Source: Micavibrio sp. UBA6145 (GTDB taxonomy: Bacteria > Pseudomonadota > Alphaproteobacteria > Micavibrionales > UBA1664). Taken from it: a stretch of 64,000 nucleotides of DNA. The translations under genes and the position numbers were made by a program. This document shows positions 56,919-64,000 of the stretch, piece by piece. The stretch lies in NCBI GenBank assembly GCA_002423205.1, contig DIUZ01000023.1:638-64637 (forward strand), given 5' to 3'. A model generated the notes under the pieces. The model was given only the letters and a program-made list of their open reading frames with translations, was not told the origin of the DNA and did not search any database. The stretch's first letter is position 1. The number at the start of each line of letters is the position of its first letter.

Positions 56919-57896
56919 ATGAGCAAGCAAATCCCCGTTACCGTCCTGACCGGTTACCTTGGCGCAGGAAAGACCACCCTTTTGAACCGCATTCTGTCGG
57001 AGCCGCACGGCAAGAAGTTTGCCGTCATCATCAATGAGTTCGGTTCTGTCGGCGTGGATAACGACCTTGTGGTCGGCGTGGACGAAGAAGTATTCGAGAT
57101 GAACAACGGGTGCATCTGCTGCACCGTGCGCGGCGACCTGATCCGTATCATCTCGGGCCTTATGCGCCGCGGCCTCGACAAGTTCGACGGCATCATCGTT
57201 GAAACCACCGGCCTTGCCGACCCGGCACCGGTTGCGCAGACATTCTTCATGGACGACGATGTTAAAAAGGCTACGCGCCTTGACGCGGTGGTGACGGTTG
57301 TCGATGCCAAGCATGTGTTGCAGCGCCTGAAAGATTCACCCGAGGCCGAAGACCAGATTGCGTTTGCCGACATCATCGTGCTGAACAAGATGGACATGGT
57401 GACGGCAGATGAGCTGGCCGCGGTTGAAAGCGCGATCAACGCCATCAACCCGTACGCACAGGTGCACAAGACCACGAACAGCCAGATCGCACTGGACAAG
57501 GTGCTTGATAAAGGCGCGTTCGACCTGAACCGTATTCTTGAGATCGAACCCGCCTTCCTTGAAGGCAAGCACAGCCATAACCACGACAGCGCCGTCAAAA
57601 GCGTTGCCCTGCAATCGGACAAGCCCCTGATCATGGGCCGGTTTGAACAGTGGATGAGCGAAGTTCTGGCTGAACAGGGCCCCAACATCCTGCGGTCCAA
57701 GGGTGTTCTGAATATCCGCAATTCCCCGCGCCGTTTTGTTTTTCAGGCCGTGCACATGATTTCGGATTCCGCGCCGGGCAATGCCTGGAAAGACGGTGAG
57801 AAGAAAACCAGCAAGCTGGTCTTCATCGGTCGCAACCTTGACAAAGCAGCCCTGCAAAAGGGTTTCGAGGACTGCCTTGAACAACTCGCCGCTTAA
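56919..57896 (+). CDS. CobW/YjiA/ZigA-family (COG0523) metallochaperone GTPase
   Basis: VLTGYLGAGKTTLLNRIL is the P-loop, GCICCT is the metal-binding CxCC motif, and a His-rich patch HSHNHD is present. Confidence 0.85.
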   Translation: MSKQIPVTVLTGYLGAGKTTLLNRILSEPHGKKFAVIINEFGSVGVDNDLVVGVDEEVFEMNNGCICCTVRGDLIRIISGLMRRGLDKFDGIIVETTGLADPAPVAQTFFMDDDVKKATRLDAVVTVVDAKHVLQRLKDSPEAEDQIAFADIIVLNKMDMVTADELAAVESAINAINPYAQVHKTTNSQIALDKVLDKGAFDLNRILEIEPAFLEGKHSHNHDSAVKSVALQSDKPLIMGRFEQWMSEVLAEQGPNILRSKGVLNIRNSPRRFVFQAVHMISDSAPGNAWKDGEKKTSKLVFIGRNLDKAALQKGFEDCLEQLAA

Positions 57897-58875
57897 AGCC
57901 AACGGCTATACATTCGACGCACCGGTCAACAGCGTTGCCTTCACACTGGATGGCAGCGGTTATGCGTTTGGTCTGGGTAACGGCAATGTCGTGATGTTTC
58001 ATGACAATGTGCAGAAAACGGTACAGGTCCATAGTGGTGCCGTGCCTGCGCTTCGTGCTTACGATGACGGTTTTATTTCCCTGTCGGATGACGGAACGCT
58101 GAAAACCATCGCACTGGACGGCACGGTTAAAGATTTCGCCGATTTCAAAGGCGCTTGGACCGAAAGACTGGCTGTGCATGCGAATGGCAGCGTGGCCGTG
58201 GCCGTCGGTAAACACATCCATCTGTGGACGCGCCGCGAATCCGAGCCGAAAATACTGGGTCCGCATGACGGGTCCGTGACGGATATCTGCTTTGCGCCGG
58301 ACGGCATGGGGCTTGCCGCATCGCACCGCGACGGCGTGACATTGTGGGCATGGCCACATTTTGAACCGCAGCCCATGCGCCTTGCCTGGAAGGGTGCGCA
58401 TCTGGCCGTTACCATTTCCGCCGATAAAAAATGGATCGTCACCGCAATGCAGGAAGGCGCGATCCATCTGTGGAACGTGCCGCTGAAGCGCGATTACCAG
58501 ATGAGCGGTTACTGGACCAAGCCAACGCAGATGGCCTGGAGCGCAGATCGCAAATGGCTCGGCACTTCGGGTTCGGAATCCGTCATCATCTGGCCGTTCG
58601 ATAAAATGGGCCCGGAAGGGCGTGAACCGGTTCAGCTTGGCTGGTCGAACACCACGTTCGTGACCGCGCTTGCATCCCACCACGAAGAGCCGGTGATGGC
58701 TGCCGGATTTGAAGATGGCGCTGTGATATTACTGGACCTTCAGAACAAGAAGGCCTTCAACGCAGCGACCCCGTCAGGCCACCCCGTGACGGCGATCACA
58801 TTCTCGCCCATCGGTACGGCCTTTATCGCCGGGACCGCCAAGGGCGGCGGCGTGCTGTTCACTTTCGATTCATAA
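57877..58875 (+). CDS. WD40-repeat (beta-propeller) protein
   Basis: Repeated approximately 40-aa units ending in LW, HLW or IW (VTLWAW, IHLWNV, VIIWPF). No in-frame ATG follows the cobW stop, so the proposed TTG start at 57877 is uncertain. Confidence 0.6.
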   Translation: MNNSPLKANGYTFDAPVNSVAFTLDGSGYAFGLGNGNVVMFHDNVQKTVQVHSGAVPALRAYDDGFISLSDDGTLKTIALDGTVKDFADFKGAWTERLAVHANGSVAVAVGKHIHLWTRRESEPKILGPHDGSVTDICFAPDGMGLAASHRDGVTLWAWPHFEPQPMRLAWKGAHLAVTISADKKWIVTAMQEGAIHLWNVPLKRDYQMSGYWTKPTQMAWSADRKWLGTSGSESVIIWPFDKMGPEGREPVQLGWSNTTFVTALASHHEEPVMAAGFEDGAVILLDLQNKKAFNAATPSGHPVTAITFSPIGTAFIAGTAKGGGVLFTFDS

Positions 58876-59033
58876 TCACATGACAAATTGTCGCAGGTGC
58901 CCGTAAACCCCGTAAATCCGGGGCGTCGCTGACTCCCGGCATACGCGCGGACTCATGCGCGGTGACGCCATATGTATTAAAATCATGACTCGAGCCAAGG
59001 GAATTTAACAGCTTACAAAGGGTCAAATTGCCC

Positions 59034-60101
59034 ATGATGCCCCGTGTCATTGAACGTCTTATCCATAAGATCGAAGACGATGTTAAAAAGTTCTCCAAGG
59101 ACAATGAGACCATCGCCAGCCAGACCAACATGCTGGCCCTGAACGCCACTATCGAAGCCGCAAGGTCGGGTGAAGCAGGCCGCGGCTTTATCGTTGTTGC
59201 GAACGAAGTGAAGTCCCTCGCCAAGCAGGCCAAGGAAAATTCAGACAAGTTTAAATCGTTGATTATCAAGCGGATCGGTTACGGCATTGATATAACGGAA
59301 AAGATGGTCCAGCAGGTCGAGGGCGGTCGCCTGACCGACATGGCGCAGACGCTGGTCCAGATCATCGTGCGCAATTTGTATGAGCGTACCGCCGATTGCC
59401 GGTGGTGGGCGACAGATGAGGCATTCTGGCGCTGTGTCGAAGACCAAAGTTCAGAAAATCGCCAGCATGCGACAAACCGCCTCGGCGTCATTAACAAGTT
59501 TTACGGCGTATACATGAACCTTGTCCTGACCGATCAAGATGGAAATGTTCTGGCCACATCGCGGCCTGAGCTGTTTCCCGGCGCGGTTGGCGCGAATGTG
59601 AAAAAAGAACGCTGGTTTTTCGAGGCCATGAACACACAGAGCGGTGCCGATTACATCGTGGACGAGATCCACAATTCGGCCATTCACAACAACAATATGG
59701 CCGCCGTGTATTCGGCGGCGGTACGCCGCCACGGTGAATTGCAGGGCGAAGCTTTGGGCGTGCTTGGCGTTTTCTTTGACTGGGGTCCGCAATCGCGCAG
59801 TATCGTCGTCAACGAACCGACCCTGACCGAAGATGAAAAAACGCGCACCCGCGTCCTGCTTCTGGACGGCCAGCAGCGCATTATCCAGTCATCGGACAGC
59901 ATGGGCATTTACACCCAGTACGATCTGCAGACCGGCGGTCAGCAGCATGGAAGTTATTACGATGCGGCGGGCAACCTTGTCGCGTTCGCAAAAACCATTG
60001 GTTACGAGGAATATGACGGCCTTGGCTGGTACGGGGTCATCATTCAGAAACCGGTCAGCCGTGAAGAGATTGAAAAAAAACTTACGGATGACGGTATCTA
60101 A
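59034..60101 (+). CDS. soluble protein with an MCP hairpin-tip signalling segment fused to a C-terminal Cache-like sensor domain
   Basis: Residues about 25-70, [41 protein letters not shown], form the most conserved MCP tip. The remainder ([18 protein letters not shown]...[15 protein letters not shown]...WFFEAM...GVLGVFFDW) looks Cache/PAS-like. No transmembrane or HAMP segments. Confidence 0.6.
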   Translation: MMPRVIERLIHKIEDDVKKFSKDNETIASQTNMLALNATIEAARSGEAGRGFIVVANEVKSLAKQAKENSDKFKSLIIKRIGYGIDITEKMVQQVEGGRLTDMAQTLVQIIVRNLYERTADCRWWATDEAFWRCVEDQSSENRQHATNRLGVINKFYGVYMNLVLTDQDGNVLATSRPELFPGAVGANVKKERWFFEAMNTQSGADYIVDEIHNSAIHNNNMAAVYSAAVRRHGELQGEALGVLGVFFDWGPQSRSIVVNEPTLTEDEKTRTRVLLLDGQQRIIQSSDSMGIYTQYDLQTGGQQHGSYYDAAGNLVAFAKTIGYEEYDGLGWYGVIIQKPVSREEIEKKLTDDGI

Positions 60102-60110
60102 TTAAGTACG

Positions 60111-60139
60111 GCGCATGTATGGAGCATGCGCTTTTTTAT
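60111..60139 (+). terminator. intrinsic terminator
   Basis: Hairpin gcgcatg-tatggag-catgcgc followed by ttttttatt. Confidence 0.8.
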
Positions 60140-60176
60140 TGCCTACCACTGACACGTCAAAAAAAGGGAGAATGTA

Positions 60177-61511
60177 ATGCTTAAAAAATTGAACCTCAAA
60201 CTGCTGGGAGCCGTCAGCGCGCTGATGTGTTTCGCCGCGCCTGCGTTCGCGCAAGCGGCACCGGCCATCGACAAGGGCGATACGGCATGGATGCTTGTAT
60301 CATCCCTGCTCGTCCTTATGATGACCCTGCCCGGTCTTGCACTGTTCTACGGCGGCCTGGTCCGCAAGGACAACGTTCTGGCCGTTCTGATGCAGACGCT
60401 GGCTGTCGCGTGCATCGTCAGCCTTATCTGGCCGATCGTCACCTATTCCCTGGCTTTCACCGAAGGCAACGGCTGGGCCGGCGGTCTTTCGAAAGTATTC
60501 CTGAAGGGCGTTACGGTTGACTCGGTCACCGGCACCATTCCGGAAACCGTGTTCATGCTGTTCCAGATGAAATTCGCGATCATCACCTGCGCGATTATCC
60601 TGGGCTCCATTGCGGACCGTATCAAATTCTCGGCCGTGCTTGTATTCACGGTCCTGTGGTCGATCTTCGTGTACGCACCGATCGCTCACTGGGTCTGGGG
60701 TCCGGGTGGTTTCCTGGGCGGCGTCGGGCTTCCTGACTATAAGGGTCTTCTGGGTTACGGCGTTGCGCTTGATTTCGCAGGCGGCACAGTCGTGCACATT
60801 TCCTCGGGCGTTGCCGGTCTTGTCGCCGCGCTGGTCCTTGGCAAATCGGTGCAGGTATCCCAATCGTCTTCCAACAACCTGATCCTGTCGGTCATCGGCG
60901 GCGCAATGCTGTGGGTTGGCTGGTTCGGTTTCAACGCAGGCTCGACGCTTGCCGCCAACAATCTGGCTGGCATGGCGTTCCTGGTTACCAACACGGCGGC
61001 TGCTACGGCCTGCCTTGCATGGGTCCTGCTTGAGTGGATGGTCAAGGGCAAACCGTCGGTCGCAGGTGGCCTGTCCGGCTTCGTTGCCGGTCTGGTTGCG
61101 ATTACGCCGGGTTCGGGCTTCGTCGATTTCGGCGCAAGCATCGTGTTCGGTATCGCGGCTTCGGTGTTCTGCTTCTTCGCTGTCGCCTTCATGAAAGAAC
61201 GCCTTGGTTACGACGACAGCCTTGATGCCTTTGGCATTCACGGCGTCGGCGGCATCGTGGGCGCCCTGCTCACGGGTGTGTGCGCATCGCCCGCAATCAA
61301 CCCGGCTGGTGTCGGCCTTCTGGCTGGCAACTCGAACCAGGTTATCGCGCAGGCGCTGGCCGTTCTGGTGACCATGGCCTACTCGGCTGCTGGTACATTC
61401 GTGATCCTGACACTGCTCAAATACACGATCGGTATTCGTGTTGACGAGCACACCGAGCGTTCGGGCCTGGACATGGCCCTGCACGGTGAAAAGGTCCATG
61501 TTTATAACTAA
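60177..61511 (+). CDS. amtB: ammonium transporter
   Basis: Signal peptide, then DKGDTAWMLVSSLLVLMMTLPGLALFYGG and DFAGGTVVHISSG. 444 aa. AGGGAG lies upstream. Confidence 0.9.
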   Translation: MLKKLNLKLLGAVSALMCFAAPAFAQAAPAIDKGDTAWMLVSSLLVLMMTLPGLALFYGGLVRKDNVLAVLMQTLAVACIVSLIWPIVTYSLAFTEGNGWAGGLSKVFLKGVTVDSVTGTIPETVFMLFQMKFAIITCAIILGSIADRIKFSAVLVFTVLWSIFVYAPIAHWVWGPGGFLGGVGLPDYKGLLGYGVALDFAGGTVVHISSGVAGLVAALVLGKSVQVSQSSSNNLILSVIGGAMLWVGWFGFNAGSTLAANNLAGMAFLVTNTAAATACLAWVLLEWMVKGKPSVAGGLSGFVAGLVAITPGSGFVDFGASIVFGIAASVFCFFAVAFMKERLGYDDSLDAFGIHGVGGIVGALLTGVCASPAINPAGVGLLAGNSNQVIAQALAVLVTMAYSAAGTFVILTLLKYTIGIRVDEHTERSGLDMALHGEKVHVYN

Positions 61512-61527
61512 GATATGATCTTTGAAG

Positions 61528-61557
61528 AAAGGGTCCCGGTTTGGGGCCCTTTTTTTA
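61528..61557. terminator. bidirectional terminator hairpin
   Basis: Hairpin aaagggtccc-ggttt-ggggcccttt followed by ttttat, lying between convergent amtB and the RNA methyltransferase gene. Confidence 0.7.
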
Positions 61558-62823
61558 TGATTGCTTGGTGAACAGCGCGACGAGTTCAACGTGGTGCGAC
61601 CATGTGAACTGGTCAATCACGCGCACGCTTTCAAGACGGTAACCGCCGTCCACCAGCGTGCGGGCATCGCGGGCGAAGGTGGCCGGGTTGCAAGATACGC
61701 CGATGACAACCGGCGTGCGCGCGGATGCCAGCATCTTGACCTGTTCCTGTGCGCCGGCACGCGGGGGATCGAATACGATGGCGTCGTAACGATTGGCATC
61801 TTCACGGCGGATCGGGTTTTTAAACAGATCGCGGCGCTGGACCTTCAGTGGCTTGATGCCTTTTGATTTATCGAGCGCAGTGATGGCGGGGCCAACACTT
61901 TCGTAGGCGTCAACGGAGCCACGTTCCAGCATCGGGCCGGTGAACGTACCGCAACCGCAAAACAGATCCGCGAATTTGCCTTTTTCCGGCATTAATTCCA
62001 TGACCGCATCGACCAGTGCCTTTTCACCGGCTTTGGTCGGCTGCAAAAACGCGAGCGGTGGCAGTGAGACGTTGAGTTCACCGAACTTCGCGCGCAGCGG
62101 TTCGATCTCGATCATTACTTCAATGGAGTCGCGTTCGCGCGCGCGCCATGAGATACGGTTGATCTTGGAATTATGCGCCATGGACGCGATGGCTTCGCGC
62201 ACCGGCATATCAGGTTTACCCTTTTTGCCGACACCGCCGGTGATGACCATTTCAAACTGGCCATTCACATACTGCAAAAACACGTCGGCGGATTTGCCTT
62301 CCTGTAAAATCGGGATCAGCAGCTGTGTCAGTTTGCGGCGCAGGCCCATGATGGCAGGGTCGGCGACAAGGCATGTGTCGATATTGGTGACCTGATGGCT
62401 GCGGCGTTTGTAATAGCCGAGCGTGACGACATTATTTTTCTTGTAAGCCGCAAAGGTGGCGCGGCGGCGGGTGCCGGCGGGCAAGAATACGGGGTCGAGC
62501 CAGACTTTGGGCTTCAGGCCCTTTTTGGCCAGCGCGTCGCGGACGATTTCCTGCTTCCAGTCCCGGTAATACTGGTCTTCGGCGTGCTGCATGGTGCAGC
62601 CGCCGCATAAGTCATAATACGGACACGGGGCCGGGACCCGGTGGGGGGATGCCGTTTTGACCTCCACCAGGTCACCGCGCATGACGCCGTCGTCCCCGCG
62701 GCGGATTACGGCCTGTACGGCGTCGCCCGGCAGGGTCCGGTCCACGTAGATACGCCCCCGCGAGGAGTCGTGGACCCCGTCGCCTTTGGGGCCAAGTTCG
62801 TGAATTGTCAGATCGCCTGCCAT
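61555..62823 (-). CDS. 23S rRNA (uracil-C5)-methyltransferase family (RlmD/RumA-like)
   Basis: TRAM-like N-terminus, Fe-S motif CPYYDLCGGCTMQH and SAM motifs DLFCGCGTF and FDPPRAG. Confidence 0.8.
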   Translation of the reverse strand: MAGDLTIHELGPKGDGVHDSSRGRIYVDRTLPGDAVQAVIRRGDDGVMRGDLVEVKTASPHRVPAPCPYYDLCGGCTMQHAEDQYYRDWKQEIVRDALAKKGLKPKVWLDPVFLPAGTRRRATFAAYKKNNVVTLGYYKRRSHQVTNIDTCLVADPAIMGLRRKLTQLLIPILQEGKSADVFLQYVNGQFEMVITGGVGKKGKPDMPVREAIASMAHNSKINRISWRARERDSIEVMIEIEPLRAKFGELNVSLPPLAFLQPTKAGEKALVDAVMELMPEKGKFADLFCGCGTFTGPMLERGSVDAYESVGPAITALDKSKGIKPLKVQRRDLFKNPIRREDANRYDAIVFDPPRAGAQEQVKMLASARTPVVIGVSCNPATFARDARTLVDGGYRLESVRVIDQFTWSHHVELVALFTKQS

Positions 62824-62891
62824 GGCCGGGTTTATAGGCTATTTTGCGCCCTCTGGTCAAAAGAAGGGTTTTCTTCTATTCTTTGGCCATC

Positions 62892-64000
62892 ATGGCTGAA
62901 GACACTCTCGCTGCGTTTCTCAAGAAAAACCCCGATATTCAGGACGTCGATGCGTTTATCATCGATGTGAACGGCGTCCCCCGCGGCAAGCGGCTGCCGG
63001 TCAGCAGCGTCAAAAAAGTATTCTCAAGCGGGCTTCGCATGCCGCGCTCGGCCTTTGCGGTCGATATCTGGGGCCAGGACGTTCTGGGTGCCAGGCTGGT
63101 TCTTGAAACCGGCGACGGCGACGGCGTGTGCAAAGGCGTTGAAAGCAGCCTGTCGCGCGCACCATGGGTCAAGCACCCCACTGCCCAACTGATTTTGTCG
63201 ATGTGCGAGAGCGACGGTTCGCCGTTCTTTGCGGACTCGCGCAATGTTCTCAAGAAGGTCCTCGATCTTTACACCAAAAAAGGCTGGACCCCCGTGGTTG
63301 CGGCCGAGCTGGAATTCTACCTTGTCGATCCGACCCGCGATGAACGCGGCGACCCGCAGGCACCGCTATCGCCGCGCACCAAGAAACGTTCGCGTGAATC
63401 GCACATGTTCAACATGGATGAGATGGCGGATTTCAACGACGTCCTGACCGAGATTCACCAGACCTGCCGTATCCAGAATATTCCGACCGATACCACCATT
63501 TCTGAAAACGGTCCGGGCCAGATGGAAATCAACCTGATGCACGGCGCGGACGCCCTGCTCGCGGCGGACCAGGCCACACTGATGAAACGTGTCGTGCGCC
63601 AGGTATCGCGCAAGCACGGTCTGGACGCCACGTTCATGGCCAAGCCTTATGTCGGTAAATCCGGCAGCGGGCTGCACGTGCATTTCAGTATTCTGGATAA
63701 GAACGGCAAAAACATCTTCGCCGCAGCAAAAGGCAACCAGGGCACGCCGCTGCTGCGCCATGCCATCGGCGGCCTGACCCGTGCGATGCGTGATTCCATG
63801 CTGGTCTTTGCACCCAACATCAATTCCTACCGCCGCTTTGCGCCGGGGGCGCATGCGCCGACATCCGTGTCATGGGCATACGACAACCGTACCGCCGCCG
63901 TGCGCGTGCCGGAAAGCGACGCCGTCGCGACCCGCATCGAACACCGCGTGGCCGGGGCTGATGCCAATATCTATCTTCTGATGGCTGTGATGCTGGCCGG
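62892..64000 (+). CDS. glutamine synthetase-family ligase (gamma-glutamyl-polyamine/GlnA-like), 3' end truncated by the window edge
   Basis: Not in the ORF track because no stop codon is reached. Translating from the ATG at 62892 gives ...AELEFYL...ENGPGQMEIN...KPYVGKSGSGLHVHFS...NSYRR..., which are the classical GS motifs. Confidence 0.8.
   Translation, partial: MAEDTLAAFLKKNPDIQDVDAFIIDVNGVPRGKRLPVSSVKKVFSSGLRMPRSAFAVDIWGQDVLGARLVLETGDGDGVCKGVESSLSRAPWVKHPTAQLILSMCESDGSPFFADSRNVLKKVLDLYTKKGWTPVVAAELEFYLVDPTRDERGDPQAPLSPRTKKRSRESHMFNMDEMADFNDVLTEIHQTCRIQNIPTDTTISENGPGQMEINLMHGADALLAADQATLMKRVVRQVSRKHGLDATFMAKPYVGKSGSGLHVHFSILDKNGKNIFAAAKGNQGTPLLRHAIGGLTRAMRDSMLVFAPNINSYRRFAPGAHAPTSVSWAYDNRTAAVRVPESDAVATRIEHRVAGADANIYLLMAVMLA

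Noticed and set aside
60102-60176. glnK or a sigma-54 (TGGCAC-N5-TTGC) promoter upstream of amtB
   Set aside because: There is no ORF for a PII protein. The only TGG...GC-like string lies inside the terminator hairpin and has the wrong spacing.
60300-61616. 438-aa minus-strand ORF antisense to amtB
   Set aside because: The amtB frame is unmistakable. The antisense product is highly charged and low-complexity.

Overview
GC-rich chromosomal segment that looks alphaproteobacterial, based on cpdR, gapR/DUF2312, a COQ9-family gene, cpoB-pal and an rsmI/lpoA/yraN/BON cluster. I can support about 60 protein-coding genes, one tRNA-Val(GAC) and several intrinsic terminators. I saw no rRNA, CRISPR array, transposase, integrase or phage genes. 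Most of the window is housekeeping: sucA, dapA, dcp, glpKD, glk, ftsH, tilS, Tol-Pal, alr, amtB and RNA-modification enzymes. Two accessory sugar loci stand out. (1) A roughly 12.7 kb surface-glycan locus (27.4-40.1 kb) starts 64 nt after tRNA-Val. It has three Wzy/O-antigen-ligase-type membrane proteins, a Wzx flippase, one GT4, a small phosphoglycosyl transferase, two DegT-type PLP enzymes and a SAM methyltransferase. Its most unusual gene is a fused E1 alpha/beta thiamine-diphosphate enzyme with no E2/E3 partner, and this is my best candidate for undescribed chemistry. (2) A WbpA/WbpB/WbpE-type UDP-2,3-diamino-uronic acid cassette (50.6-54.9 kb) carries a PurN-like formyltransferase where an acetyltransferase is usually found. 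Other points worth a second look: a 60-nt duplication of the dcp 3' end that differs only at synonymous sites; an XRE regulator coupled to an orphan formyltransferase-fold protein; a soluble protein with an MCP hairpin tip plus a Cache-like domain upstream of amtB; a DotI/IcmL-like gene coupled to COQ9; and a REP-like palindrome. All calls come from reading the ORF translations and the DNA by eye, with no database search. Family names are motif-based recognitions and should be confirmed.
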